A DNA stretch of 64,000 nucleotides, taken from assembly GCF_032444005.1 (NCBI RefSeq), contig NC_091283.1, positions 833,776,001 through 833,840,000 of the forward strand, written 5' to 3'. The position numbers and the translations under genes are program-made. The notes under the pieces were generated by a model. The model searched no databases, was not told the origin of the DNA, and saw only the letters and a program-made list of their open reading frames with translations. Shown in pieces: positions 12,148 through 25,300 of the stretch (its first letter is position 1; each line of letters starts with the position of its first letter). This DNA comes from Ranitomeya imitator (Eukaryota).

Positions 12148-12462
12148 CGTGGAAAGGCCACAAACCAGAATCACTGACCTGGGGGGGGGTGAGATCATTA
12201 TTAGGACTACAACTCCCAAAATAACACTGTAGCAATACAGAAATACATGTTATCTATAAACCAGTCTCTGCAGCACCTTTTTACTTCTGTCCCCATGTCT
12301 GTGCAGCTCCCAGGCCCATCCAAACCCACCAGATCCCCTGAGCAGCTCCCCAGCCCCTCCAGACCTCTTGAGCAGACCCTCCAACCCACTGTACCCCCCT
12401 ACCCCAACAGCTCCCCAGGCCCCTCCAACCTGCCGTAACCCCCCTACCCCAACCCACCGTTT

Positions 12463-12555
12463 CACCCCACCCCTCCCAGGTCCCCCCAACCCGCCGTACC
12501 CACGCCCTCCCCCCAACCCGCCGTACCCACGCCCTCCCCCCAACCCGCCGTACCC
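12463..12555. repeat. 27-bp C-rich minisatellite (ccctccccccaacccgccgtacccacg), about 3 copies
   Basis: Direct tandem copies. Confidence 0.75.
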
Positions 12556-12576
12556 AATCAAATCCCACCAAGGACC

Positions 12577-12751
12577 ATATCTGCACGGCGTTTGTATGTT
12601 CTCCCCATGTTTGTGTGCGTGTTTACTCCAGTTTCCTCACACACTCCAAAGACATCCTGATAGGGGATGTAGACTTTGAGCCCCAATGGGGACAGTGATG
12701 TCTGTAAAGCGCTGCAGAATATGATGGCGCTATATAAGCAAAGCATAATAA
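12577..12751 (+). mobile_element. 5'-truncated tRNA-derived SINE (V-SINE-like with L2-type tail)
   Basis: gtttgtatgttctcccc...ccaaagacat...tgtaaagcgctgc...gcgctatataa matches the fuller copy at 45639-45948. Confidence 0.7.
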
Positions 12752-13193
12752 AGCATTTGCGCCACCATCAAAGTCCGAGTGTGCGGAGCGGAGCCCACTG
12801 CAGAGGGCAGGTGCCGGTCCTGTGCACGGTGGGGATTACGCCCTCCCCCACTGCCGCCATCTTGGCCTGAAGCTTATGGCCGGGCTCCAGCAGCCTCTCT
12901 ATAAGATCCAGCAACATACGGTGACCCGATGTCTGCCCGTCCCCTGGAGGGCGAGGTGTGAAGCCGCTGACCCCATACAGCGAGAATCAGGAATACATTA
13001 GAGACTTTACCCTCAAAATGATGATTAATAACAGCGCAACCCCCAACACCAGGTCCACATAAAGAAGATATGGATCCTGGAAGGGGGAAAACCAGCCCGG
13101 TCCTGAAAGGGTTACAATCCCCCCTAAAGTCCCTGCGTTCAGGCAGCGCCTCCTCAGCCCCACAGTAACCGGCGCTCCGGGCGCCATACTCAC

Positions 13194-13420
13194 ACACACG
13201 CGTCCCAGCTCCGCACCGAGTCTGTCCGCACTCCCGTTCTCCAGCACCGACTGAGCCAACTGCTTCCTAACCGCAACATTCAAACTAAGCGCCTCAGCCA
13301 ATCACAAAGCATTGCCATCGCTGATTGGCTGGAAAGCAATCATCCCGCCCCTCATCTCCATCGATTCACTTGGCTAAATGATTGGCTAATTTAGATGTCA
13401 TGGTGACAGCTTTGAATAAT
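13194..13420 (-). promoter_or_regulatory. CDCA3 promoter and putative non-coding first exon: CDE/CHR plus CCAAT boxes
   Basis: Minus strand GGCGC-4nt-TTTGAA (13293-13279); CCAAT/ATTGG at 13298, 13324, 13381 and 13412; donor GTGAGT at 13193-13188. Confidence 0.7.
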
Positions 13421-13488
13421 GATTGGTCGAATTTCATTGTCCATTGCCTCACATAAAGTAGAGCGCGCTTACTTCCTCCCAGGAGACG

Positions 13489-13590
13489 GCGGCCATTTTG
13501 GCAGAGACAATATTTAAAAGTATTTAAGGCAATAGTCAACAAAATGGCGGCTATAATGCAGACACGTGTAAAGAAAGATCTGCTCACGTG
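13489..13590. promoter_or_regulatory. Paired YY1-type and E-box motifs upstream of CDCA3
   Basis: gcggccattttg (13489-13500), caaaatggcggc (13540-13551), CACGTG at 13563 and 13585. Confidence 0.5.
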
Positions 13591-13932
13591 AATCCGTGTC
13601 ACATGATTGAGATTAACAAACAGCTGTGCTTAGTTTACTACTATGGACATTGGGCAATGGTGGGCTATAGACTGAACCCAGGGGGGCAATTCCCCTGCCC
13701 AGCTGATGGCCTCTTTATTCCTGTTCATAGGTCGTAAACATCATGGAAAGTTCCTCTGATTGCAGCGAATATAATTTATGTGAATCAATAGTCGCCTTTC
13801 CTGGGATTTTTGCCCTTTTCAAGATCTCTGCTTGCTGTCAGTGAAAGGATTAAAAAAAATGTTTAGAATGAAAAGTGCTGACAGACCCGAGGCTCAGCGA
13901 TGTGTCAGGGTAGTGGTGACGTGAGGCGGATA

Positions 13933-13933
<1 letters not shown>

Positions 13934-13964
<31 letters not shown>

Positions 13965-13965
13965 C
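13934..13965. repeat. (ACGC)n microsatellite
   Basis: acgcacgcacgc run. Confidence 0.85.
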
Positions 13966-14298
13966 ACTTCTTGCTCCTATTTAGCATCTTTCCACCTTTT
14001 CATGTGAGAATTAATGGAAACACCGAGGAATTTACATACAGATCAGGTGCAATCTACCGAACCAAACCCATCGGGTTGTCTCATGGTCATTAATGGTTAA
14101 TATTGCAAATTGCATGTACAGACTGGCAACTTTGTGACTTATTAAAAATCCTCTCTGCTTTCAAGAATGGAGATTTTTAACCCCTTCCTGACATCCTCAG
14201 TAATTAAACGGCACAAGTCAGGTGCTGGTATACAGAGCGGTGCAGCAGATACTGCCTATGTAACCGGCTGGGCTCCAACCACTGCTGTTAAACCCTTA

Positions 14299-14660
14299 GG
14301 CTATGTTCACACTTTGCAGATTCCACTGCGGATTTTTCCGCAGCAGAATTCCAAAATCCGCAGTGAAAACCCATCGCGGTTTTTACTGCGGATTTATCGT
14401 GGTTTTTACTGCGGTTTCTTCTGCGGATTTTCATCTGCAGTTTCCTATTGGAGCAGGTGAAAATCCGCAGAAAAGAAGTGACATGCTGCGGAATGTAATC
14501 CGCTGCGTTTCCGCGCGTTTTTTTCCGCAGCATGTGCACTGCGTTTTTTGTTTCCCATAGGTTTACATTGTACTCTAAACTCATGGGAAACTGCTGCAGA
14601 TCCGCAGCGGTCAAATCCGCTGTGGATCCGCAGCAAAATCCACAAAGTGTGAACATAGCC
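14299..14660. mobile_element. Harbinger/PIF-type MITE
   Basis: TIRs ggctatgttcacactttg / caaagtgtgaacatagcc; TTA duplication on both sides. Confidence 0.85.
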
Positions 14661-14664
14661 TTAA

Positions 14665-15032
14665 GGGTATGTTTCCACGGGCCGGATTACATCCGGATTA
14701 GCTGTGGATTGGATGCTGCGTACATCTGCAGCGTTCAACCGGCAGCGTCCAGATGTTACAGCATAGTGGAGGGGATCTGATGAAATCCCGTCTCCACTAT
14801 GCGTGCGAACACGCATCCAGCGGCCCTGCGTTTCCGGACATGCAGCGCATCTTTTTAGACCGCAGCATGTCTGTTTACCTTGTGGTGAATAACAGCATCA
14901 GTGCGGAGATGCTGGATGTGTTCAATGAACACATCTGGAATCACCGCGCGTGCAGAAGGGGCGGCGCTTTGGGCAGAGAGGTGTTTGCGCTCTGTCCAAA
15001 GCGCCGACAATGCGGCCCGTGGACACGCACCG
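14665..15032. mobile_element. Second Harbinger/PIF-type MITE abutting the first
   Basis: TIRs gggtatgtttccacggg / cccgtggacacgcaccg; TAA at 14662-14664 and 15033-15035. Confidence 0.7.
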
Positions 15033-15044
15033 TAAAATCTTGGG

Positions 15045-15146
15045 TTTTGGAGGAATTTTTCTCTTCCTGAGGAGTTTTGGAGGATTTTTTCTCTTCCTGA
15101 GGAGTTTTGGAGGATTTTTTCTCTTCCTGAGGAGTTTTGGAAGGAT
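15045..15146. repeat. 30-bp tandem repeat (ttttctcttcctgaggagttttggaggatt), about 3 copies
   Basis: Direct copies. Confidence 0.8.
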
Positions 15147-16179
15147 TTTTTTGGGCCTGCGTCATTCTTCGCAGCCTTTGGATTTGGAAAGTTCCTAATT
15201 TGGAGCAGATACCACCAGGATCCTCCTCACAGATGTGACACGCACTTTATGTTTCTTCATCAGGCATTTTTCAAAACCTCTTCAGGAATGAAAAAAAAAG
15301 CTCAATAAACTCCTCATATGAACAGCAAAGTGGCAAAGAAATATATATGGGGGGTCTTGCAGGAGATTTTGAAGTAGCTTGGGAGGAGGATTTTGGAGAA
15401 GTCCGGCTCCATGAAACTCCTCAGACGATGATGGAGGGGATTTATCATTGCCTATTTTGTCTTCTGGGCGTAGTAGGCCTCATCCTGACTGATCCGCCAT
15501 CATTTACTCCAGTAATTATCGAAACTATGGTGTGAATCTCCACATTAAAGCTGGCGTGCATCTGTTTCTGTGGCACGTGAGCGCCCCTAATATGCGCCAT
15601 ATAAACTAAATACATTTGATTATATCCGACTTTAACGCACCTTTTATTGATGATGGGAGTTTCATGCGACAATCCTGATACATTTACTTTTTTGTTATTA
15701 CTGCACCCGCATAAATTTGGATGATTCATATAGCTGTAAAAAAAAAACCAACTCATAGCAACCAATCACAACTCGTCTTTCATTTCCTACTATTCTTTTA
15801 ACAGGCTTAATAGAAAAATATTTAGAATTGAGAGTCCTCAATGTAGTCTCGATAGCTTGCAATTTGTTACCATCTTTTCAGTTAGCCATTAAAAGGTATC
15901 AACCAATGAGGACTCTCGATTCTAAATATTTTTATATCTACTGGCTAACACGGTACCAAGATATATTTCTTTCCTGTAACAGGCTTAATAGTACGCCATT
16001 GGTTGCTATCGGCAACATGTTTTAATTTCTTTTAGATTTGATAGATGAGGCTTTCAGTTCTGCTATCTCACATAAACTCTTATCTCTAGCAATAGTTATT
16101 TTAGATTTGACAAATTTTTAGGAGGTGAAACACTTTTTTTGCCCTAATCAATCATGGCCGACAGGTGACTGTCCGTCTG

Positions 16180-16359
16180 CCGCAGGATGGCGCCTGCGCA
16201 CTAGCCCATTCGAAGGCTTTGCGCTGTCATTGTTTCTTGCGCATGCGCCTTCCGTTCTCTCGCGCCCCGTTCACCAGTGAGACTGTGAGGCTAGAGGACA
16301 GATCGTCGCCGGAAGCGGAAACGGAGCCTTGTCACTGTCCTCCTCCAGGAACCGGAGTC
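16180..16359 (+). promoter_or_regulatory. USP5 GC-rich proximal promoter/5' UTR
   Basis: NRF1-type TGCGCATGCGC at 16238-16248; tandem ETS CCGGAAGCGGAA at 16309-16320; no TATA box. Confidence 0.6.
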
Positions 16360-19300
16360 ATGGTGGATGTGAAAGATACGCTGCTGTCTATCCTGCCGAC
16401 TATCCGGTTGCCCAGGGCCGGGGACCGAGTACACAAGGATGAGTGTGCCTTCTCCTTCCACACACCGGTATATGTGGTCCTCCCTCCTTTGTGCCTGTGC
16501 TTTGTCACCATCGTTGGTTGTGTCCCCCCCCCCCTGTATGAATATGGGGGGTTCTGGGGTCGCTCAACCCTGTGGGGGCCGTGTAACCCATCATGTCCGC
16601 TGCCCTGTGTGATGGAGCTTCATCGCCTTCTTTTATTGGTTGGTGAGGCTCAGGACATGTGACATGTAAAGTCCTTGGGGGTCCGACCACTGGGACCACC
16701 ATGCAAGAATCCGGACCCCCTGTCCATGTGATCACGGGGGTCCGAAAGTCCCATATGGGTCTGTAAGAGCAATGGCCGCTCATGCTCAGCACGCCCGCTC
16801 CATTCACAATCCGGACCCCCTGTCCATGTGATCACGGGGGTCCGAAAGTCCCGTATGGGTCTGTAAGAGCAATGGTCACACATGTGCAGCACACCTGCTC
16901 CATTCACAATCCGGACCCCCTGTCCATGTGATCACCGGGGTCCGAAAGTCCCATATGGGTCTGTAAGAGCAATGGTCGCACATGTGCAGCACGCCCGCTC
17001 CATTCACAATCTGGGCCCCCCTGTCCATGTGATCACGGGGGTCCGAAAGTCCCGTATGGGTCTGTAAGAGCAATGGTCGCACATGTGCAGCACACCTGCT
17101 CCATTCACAATCCGGACCCCCCTGTCCATGTGATCACCGGGGTCCGAAAGTCCCATATGGGTCTGTAAGAGCAATGGTCGCACATGTGCAGCACGCCCGC
17201 TCCATTCACAATCCGGGCCCCCCTGTCCATGTGATCACGGGGGTCCGAAAGTCCCATATGGGTCTGTAAGAGCAATGGTCGCACATGTGCAGCACGCCCG
17301 CTCCATTCACAATCCGGACCCCCCTGTCCATGTGATCACCGGGGCCCGAAAGTCCCGTATGGGTCTGTAAGAGCAATGGCCGCACATGCGCAGCACGCCC
17401 GCTCCATTCACAATCCGGGCCCCCCTGTCCATGTGATCACGGGGGTCCGAAAGTCCCGTATGGGTCTGTAAGAGCAATGGCCGCACATGCGCAGCACGCC
17501 CGCTCCATTCACAATCCGGTCCCCCCTGTCCATGTGATCACGGGGGTCCGAAAGTCCCGTATGGGTCTGTAAGAGCAATGGTCGCACATGTGCAGCACGC
17601 CCGCTCCATTCACAATCTGGGCCCCCCTGTCCATGTGATCACGGGGGTCCGAAAGTCCCGTATGGGTCTGTAAGAGCAATGGTCGCACATGTGCAGCACG
17701 CCCGCTCCATTCACAATCTGGGCCCCCCTGTCCATGTGATCACGGGGGTCCGAAAGTCCCATATGGGTCTGTAAGAGCAATGGTCGCGTGTGCGCAGCAC
17801 AATCATTCCATTCACAATCCGGACCCCTCTGTCCATGTGATCACGGGGGTCCGAAAGTCCCGTATGGGTCTGTAAGAGCAATGGTTGCACATGTGCAGCA
17901 CGCCCGCTCCATTCACAATCCAGACCCCCCTGTCCATGTGATCACCGGGGTCCGAAAGTCCCATATGGGTCTGTAAGAGCAATGGTCGCACATGCTCAGC
18001 ACGCCCGCTCCATTCACAATCTGGGCCCCCCTGTCCATGTGATCACGGGGGTCCGAAAGTCCCGTATGGGTCTGTAAGAGCAATGGTCGCACATGTGCAG
18101 CACGCCCGCTCCATTCACAATCTGGGCCCCCCTGTCCATGTGATCACGGGGGTCCGAAAGTCCCGTATGGGTCTGTAAGAGCAATGGTCGCACATGTGCA
18201 GCACGCCCGCTCCATTCACAATCCAGGCCCCCCTGTCCATGTGATCACGGGGGTCCGAAAGTCCCGTATGGGTCTGTAAGAGCAATGGTCGCACATGTGC
18301 AGCACGCCCGCTCCATTCACAATCTGGGCCCCCCTGTCCATGTGATCACGGGGGTCCGAAAGTCCCGTATGGGTCTGTAAGAGCAATGGTCGCACATGTG
18401 CAGCACGCCCGCTCCATTCACAATCTGGGCCCCCCTGTCCATGTGATCACGGGGGTCCGAAAGTCCCATATGGGTCTGTAAGAGCAATGGTCGCGTGTGC
18501 GCAGCACAATCATTCCATTCACAATCCGGACCCCTCTGTCCATGTGATCACGGGGGTCCGAAAGTCCCATATGGGTCTATAAGCGCAGTGGTCGCACATG
18601 TGCAGCACACCCGCTCCATTCACAATCCAGGCCCCCCTGTCCATGTGATCACGGGGGTCCGAAAGTCCCGTATGGGTCTGTAAGAGCAATGGTCGCACAT
18701 GTGCAGCACGCCCGCTCCATTCACAATCTGGGCCCCCCTGTCCATGTGATCACGGGGGTCCGAAAGTCCCATATGGGTCTGTAAGAGCAATGGTCGCGTG
18801 TGCGCAGCACAATCATTCCATTCACAATCCGGACCCCTCTGTCCATGTGATCACGGGGGTCCGAAAGTCCCATATGGGTCTATAAGCGCAGTGGTCGCAC
18901 ATGTGCAGCACGCCCGCTCCATTCACAATCCGGACCCCTCCGTCCATGTGATCACCGGGGTCCGAAAGTCCCATATGGGTCTGTAAGAGCAATGGTCGCA
19001 CATGTGCAGCACGCCCGCTCCATTCACAATCCGGACCCCTCTGTATGTCTGAGTGCACCTTTCTAGAAACAGGTATTGTCCACACACCAGCACCATGATT
19101 GCTGAGAATACAACAGTCGTGTGATGGGATGTCAGAAAACTAGATAAAAGGGGCACGGGGAGGTGAATATGGTGTTTTCTGAAACTTTTTTTTTTTTTAG
19201 TAGGTTAGTTTTTTTAGTAGGTTGTTTTTCTCTGCAGGGAAACTTGCAAAATTATCTGCCCAAATTGTTGCAGATTTATTGTGTTTTCCATTCCCAATCC

Positions 19301-22300
19301 AGGTAATGCGAACTCTCCTAAGAGTAATAAACATTATTATACACGAGCCTTAGGGTCTGTGACACGATAACATGACGCGCCCATTATTGGCTTGTTATAA
19401 AAAATGAAGAACTATTAAGCGATGACATAAGAGTACAATAGACTGTATGTGCAGGCGTGCGCCCCTCATGTCCCCAGGCTTATTATTGGCTGCTATGTGT
19501 GGACGTTGATGTGGATGGTAGTTTGGATCTTCATGACGGCCCTGACATCAGAAGTCATCAGAATCTCTCTGTGGGGCCCGTGACTTCCAGCAAATAGATC
19601 TGGGCATGAAGAAACTTAAATTTTTTTCTAATCTACATGTTATAGCTTCCTTCCGGTCTTTCTATCTTGTAATAGGCGCTCAAGAGATTTGGTGTATGTA
19701 ACGACACAGGAAACCCCCTAGTAAATGTAATCCTCCCCATAATGATGACATCTTGTGTTGCAGGAGACTGATGGCGGATTATATATCTGCATGTATACCT
19801 TCCTGGGGTTTGGCAGACCGTACGTAGAAAAACACTTTGAGAAGACTGGCCAGAGAGCATTCCTGCACCTGAAGAGGACCCCCAAACCGGTAATGGAAGT
19901 GCGTGCTTCTGTTTAAAGGGGAAATTTCTGTACATTAGGCCATCTGTGTGATGCATTAAAGGGAGTATGTCAGCACAGAATGACTGTTCACACCATGCCC
20001 AAAATGACTTCTCGCACCTTGCCCAGAGTGACCGCTCGCACCTTGCCCAGAGTGACCGCTCGCACCTTGCCCAGAGTGACCGCTCGCACCTTGCCCAGAG
20101 TGACCGCTCGCACCTTGCCCAGAGTGACCGCTCGCACCTTGCCCAGAGTGACCGCTCGCACCTTGCCCAGAGTGACCGCTCGCACCTTGCCCAGAGTGAC
20201 CGCTCGCACCTTGCCCAGAGTGACCGCCCGCACCTTGCCAAGGCGCTCGATGCACCGTGCCACCTACATATTTCCCATCTGTCTCAGTCTTCCTTGATTG
20301 ACAGCTGTGGAGTCAGAAGATCCGATAGAGGGGAAAACAACTTGGAGGAAAGTGCTCTGCACTGATTGGTCACGTCATGGGTGCTTTGGGCTCCTGTGCT
20401 TGGTTTGGATTGTCATTGTGCACTGATGTACTCCCTTTATACTAACCCAGTGGATTTGGGCAGGGACCAGAGCTGAATTACATGATCATCCCCTGACTGT
20501 GAATCTTGTTGTTTTTTTGTTTTTTTTACACAGAAATCCGAAGACTCCAGTTCCAATACAGGAGACCCCCCTCGTAAGAAGCCCACCCGTCTCGCCATAG
20601 GTATGATCCTCTAATTCATTCACCTGCCTGTAAGTAATGATTCCACCATAAGGGCTGCTCCGGATCTGCACCTCATACTTTGATAGCTTTTACATATTTT
20701 GTTGGTTTTAAACAAAGTAAAACTTCATGGATTTTTTTCATTTTGTTAATGTTTTTTTTTTTTTTTCGCTAAAATTCTTTTTGGTAGCTTATGTATTGTA
20801 GTGTTTTGCACAGTCCTATGGAAAAGGCAATGGAAAACCTCATAACCAGAGCGTGCTGGATTGGAAAAAAAAAAAGCATCACTGACCCTAAAATAAACCA
20901 CTAAATACACCAAGACGCTGTGTTGAGATTTTTTTATATTTTGCTAAAAACATTAAAGAGGGTTTTCCGGTCTCGGACTTCTACTGTCTTCTGGCTGCAG
21001 GTTATCAAGAAAGAAAAAATCCGTGGTGCTGAGTCTTTGTTGCTGCTCCCGGTGTTTATTCACTTGGACATCGCTGCAGCCAATCAGTGAGTTCAGCTGA
21101 GATGATTGCCTACAGTGGTGTCAACAAATCAAAGATACTGGGAGCAGTGGCATAGACTCAGTGCAGGACCTGGGGGAGAGTGAGTAAAACACTTTTTTTT
21201 TTTTCAGCCCAGGGACAGGATTTTTCCCAAACTGGAAAATTCCCTTTTAAAGACATATATATTTAATGATCTATGCAGATATCCCACTGAGACTTAGAAC
21301 ATCTCAGCTCTGTGCACCACGTAGTGGCCGTATTGGGTACTGCAGCTCAGACACATTCACTTCAATGGGAGCTGAGTTGCAGTACCCAAGAACGGCCACT
21401 ACACAGTCTTCGGCGCTGAGCTGTTCCATTTTGTCCATCCGGCTGTAACAGGAGCTGCAAACATCTGCCGTGTGTCGGAAAATTCCCCTCAGTGAAGGTG
21501 TCAGGGAAACAAGTGGAGCCAGACGACTCTGTATCTTGATAACCTCCACCATTTTCCTATCCTCTGTGTCTCTCCTCTTTTTTTAGGGATGGAGGGCGGA
21601 TTTGACATGTGTGACGAGCAGTGTGAGTATGAAGAAGAGGTGAAGTTGGTCATTCTGCCCGAGTTCCTGGAGATTCAGCGGGACGGACTGTTGGGTCTCC
21701 CAGAGATGGTCAGGGACCGGGTGGGTAATCTGAGGTGTGTGTGTGTGGGGTGGGGGGACAGATCTGTGAACTTTTGGGATGGTTTTTGTTGTGTTGCACC
21801 TTTCCTGCTGCCCATCGTCATCGTCTTCTTGTTCACCTCACTCCATCTTACTCCATCTCTCAGGTGTCTTCTGCCATCGATGCCATCTTAGCTGCTGACT
21901 CTGCGTCCCGGAAGCAGGAGATTCAGGCGTGGGACGGGGAGGTCAGACAGGTCTCTAAACACGCGTTCAGTCTCCAGCAGCTTGAGGGGGTCCCCCGTAT
22001 CCCTCCTTGGTAAGTGATTTTTCTCCTAGGAAGACTGACAAGTCGTCCAGAATTTGCCATCTTGCATCTGTTCCACTGCAAACTTTGCAGCCGAGGGTCT
22101 GAATCCAGGCGCCCTGTTTATTAAAAAGTTACTGTCTAATACTACCCTTAATGCAGGTTGTGCCCTTAAAACTTGCCCCTTCTTTTATCCCCTTGCTGGG
22201 GGTCTCATCAGCTTCCACCTTTTCCTGCAGGGGATATGTTTACTTGACCATGTGGCATATGGACGTTGCAGACATCTCACATTTATTGATATTGTATCCC

Positions 22301-25300
22301 GTGGCAGTGATGTATGTCACAAAACATAGAGGAGCCCATTGGGGAGGGAATTAAAGGGGCTTTTCATCCAGAAATATCTGCCTCCTCTGCACTGGATAGG
22401 TACTAGGTTCATCTGTGATCATCTGCGTCCTAAGACCCCCACCTATTGCTCAAATCAAGGGGCAGAAGTGCTCAGATTATTGATCGTGAGTGCACAACCA
22501 CAGACTTTCTATTGAGTCTGCACACTACTCGTTAATATGCTGAATGTTAAATTGTTGGTGGTCTCAGGACGTCCGGGAGCAGCAGCTCTGAACGGGAACT
22601 ATAACATATCAGGATGACATCAGAGATCATTTTTCGGCCCTTCTCTTACAAAACCTTTTGAATCCTGATATTTAAGATTTGCTTTCATTCCCTTTCCTGC
22701 CTGTTGACTGTTTCCACCAGTGGTTGGAAGTGCAGCGTGTGCGATCTGCGGGAGAACCTGTGGCTCAATATGACAGACGGAGCGATCCTCTGCGGCAGAC
22801 GATACTTTGACGGCAGCGGAGGGAATAACCACGCGGTGCAGCATTACAGAGAGACCGGGTATCCGCTGGCTGTCAAACTTGGCACGATCACTCCAGATGG
22901 AGGAGGTGAGTTGGTACTTTTTGCACAAGCTCAATCAATCACTTTGCAGAAGTTAGGCCGGGCTCAGAATATTAAGACCTGAACAACCGTAGGCTTAGCG
23001 TAGGCTTCACTACATATCTTCTCCCGTTTTGTGTATGCAGCGCTTATGAAGACTTGCTTGCCACTGGTCCCATCCTGTAGTCATGTATCGCTACTCGGCT
23101 ACTGTACATCTATCTTCACTGTCTGATACATTGAGCTGCATTGAACCTGTGTACACAAAACGGTAGAAGATATTATCTGTAGCCTACGTGCAAAGTTTCT
23201 TCATTGATATGGATTCCACCATCTTATAATCAGGTCAGGCTAAACCCGCACAAAATACAATTCTGACTCCGGCCAAAATGCTGTGATATTTAATGCTGAC
23301 TATTTGCAAATTTGCTTCATTTTTTTCCCTTTCCTATATATTGGAGCAAATAAAAGAAAAGAAAATATATATTGAAAGCTTTTATACCCTCAAATGCTGT
23401 AGAATTGACACTTTTGCTCCTCATTGTCCCCTGTTCCCCAATCAGATGTCTACTCCTACGATGAAGATGACATGGTCCTGGACCCCAACCTGGCCGAACA
23501 TTTATCGCACTTTGGTATCGACATGATGAAAATGCAGAAGGTGAGCGCGGCCGTACTAAGATAATCCCCATTGACCTGTGGTCCCTTCCGTACACACATA
23601 ACATCTCTTCCCGTTCCTAGACGGACAAGACGATGACTGAGCTGGAAATTGATATGAACCAGAGGATCGGAGAATGGGAGCTGATCCAGGAATCGGGGGT
23701 ACAGCTGCAGCCCCTGTATGGACCCGGGTACACGGGGATCCGCAATCTGGGCAACAGCTGCTATCTCAACTCCACCATGCAGGTCGTGTTCAGTATTCCT
23801 GCCTTCCAGCGCAAGTAAGTGTCTGCTACACATGGTCCTCACCACCATTGTGAACGTGCAGCATGTAAAGCCCTGCAATCAGGAGCAGATCAGCTGCAAT
23901 CCTCCCTGGGAGGATGACCGACTATATCCCACATCTCCTTTGAAGTCCTTATTGCACTCTGTTAGTGCCCGTAGTGAAAAGGAGCGGTGGCAACGTCTTT
24001 CCCTATTCTGCTCCCCAGCATGGCGGTCATTTGACATGTTACACACTATATACGCAAATGTATGAGCTCATCACAAGGGTTAAAGTGGAACATAACTCTC
24101 AGCATTGATGGCTTACAGATATGTGGAACGAATGGAGCAAATATTTCATAAGTCGCCAGCTGATCCCACGCAGGATTTCAACACCCAAGTGTAAGCAGTG
24201 TGGCGAGAAAATGGCTGGACTAGAGGGAGGGAGGGGGCGCCATGAGTCTATGTGTTGGAAGGTATCAAGTGAATATTCTTGGTGATGTTTCCACAGAGCG
24301 AAACTGGGCAATGGCCTGTCATCTGGTGAATACTCCAAGCCGGCGACTGAGAAAGAAGGCGAGGAGCAGAAGGTGAGACTTCAGATTGCAAAGAAATAAA
24401 TACCTGGGGTCCGATTCATCAAGACCAGCATTGTTCATACTGGTCTTGATGAGGGGTGTGCTGGAGTCAGACCTCCTGATTTATGAGGAGGTGACACATT
24501 GTAACAAACCCCGCAGATGTGAGGACAGGTTTTCAGCTTCGGACTGTGAACAGAGATGGGTCCGAAGAGCAAGCAGATGTATAGGGAACGTGATGAATTG
24601 AAGCACAAAGTATATTAGAAAGTTGCAGAATTTGTCCATTGCATATTGGTTTCCTGGGACCCCCGACAATTTTTATTTGAATTCCCCTCTACCCTTTGTG
24701 TTTTTTGCAGGGTTTGCAGGACGGCATCGCACCACGTATGTTTAAAGCACTTATAGGGAAGGGACACCCGGAGTTTTCCACCAACAGGCAGCAGGACGCC
24801 CAGGAGTTCTTCCTTCACTTCATAAACATGGTGGAGGTGAGTGGCGGTGGTATACATCTGTGTGCAGCTCTGTTCATTTTCGGAGGTAACGACCCTCTTT
24901 ACGCCTCCACAGAGAAATTGCCGCAGCTCTTCTAATCCCAATGAAGTTTTCCGGTTTTTGGTGGAGGAGAAGATTAAATGTCTGGTGTCCCAGAAAGTGA
25001 AGTACACGCAGAGGGTGGAGTACATCCTGCAGCTGCCTGTCCCCATGGAGGCCGCATTAAATAAAGGTCGGGAAAAGAGCCAGTCCTACGTGGGGTCATA
25101 CGGGGACTGGTCGTCTGCTCAGCTCACCTGTGCTTTGTATGTCGTGCAGAGGAGCTCACTGCCTATGAACAGGCCCGACAGCAAGCAGAGCAGGACCACC
25201 GGCCCCCTCCCGAACTCGTCCGGGCACGAATTCCATTCACATCTTGTCTAGAAGCTTTTGCTGCTCCTGAGCAACTGGACGAATTCTGGAGCGCCGCTCT

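Noticed and set aside
16709-19043. Possible CRISPR-like array (also considered for 59033-59828)
   Set aside because: The units are contiguous with no unique spacers, there are no cas genes, and the context is a eukaryotic intron.
16709-19043. Hammerhead ribozyme in the satellite units, as in newt satellite 2
   Set aside because: No CTGANGA core paired with GAAA was seen in this unit or in the 26-, 24- or 126-bp units; a covariance-model search would be definitive.
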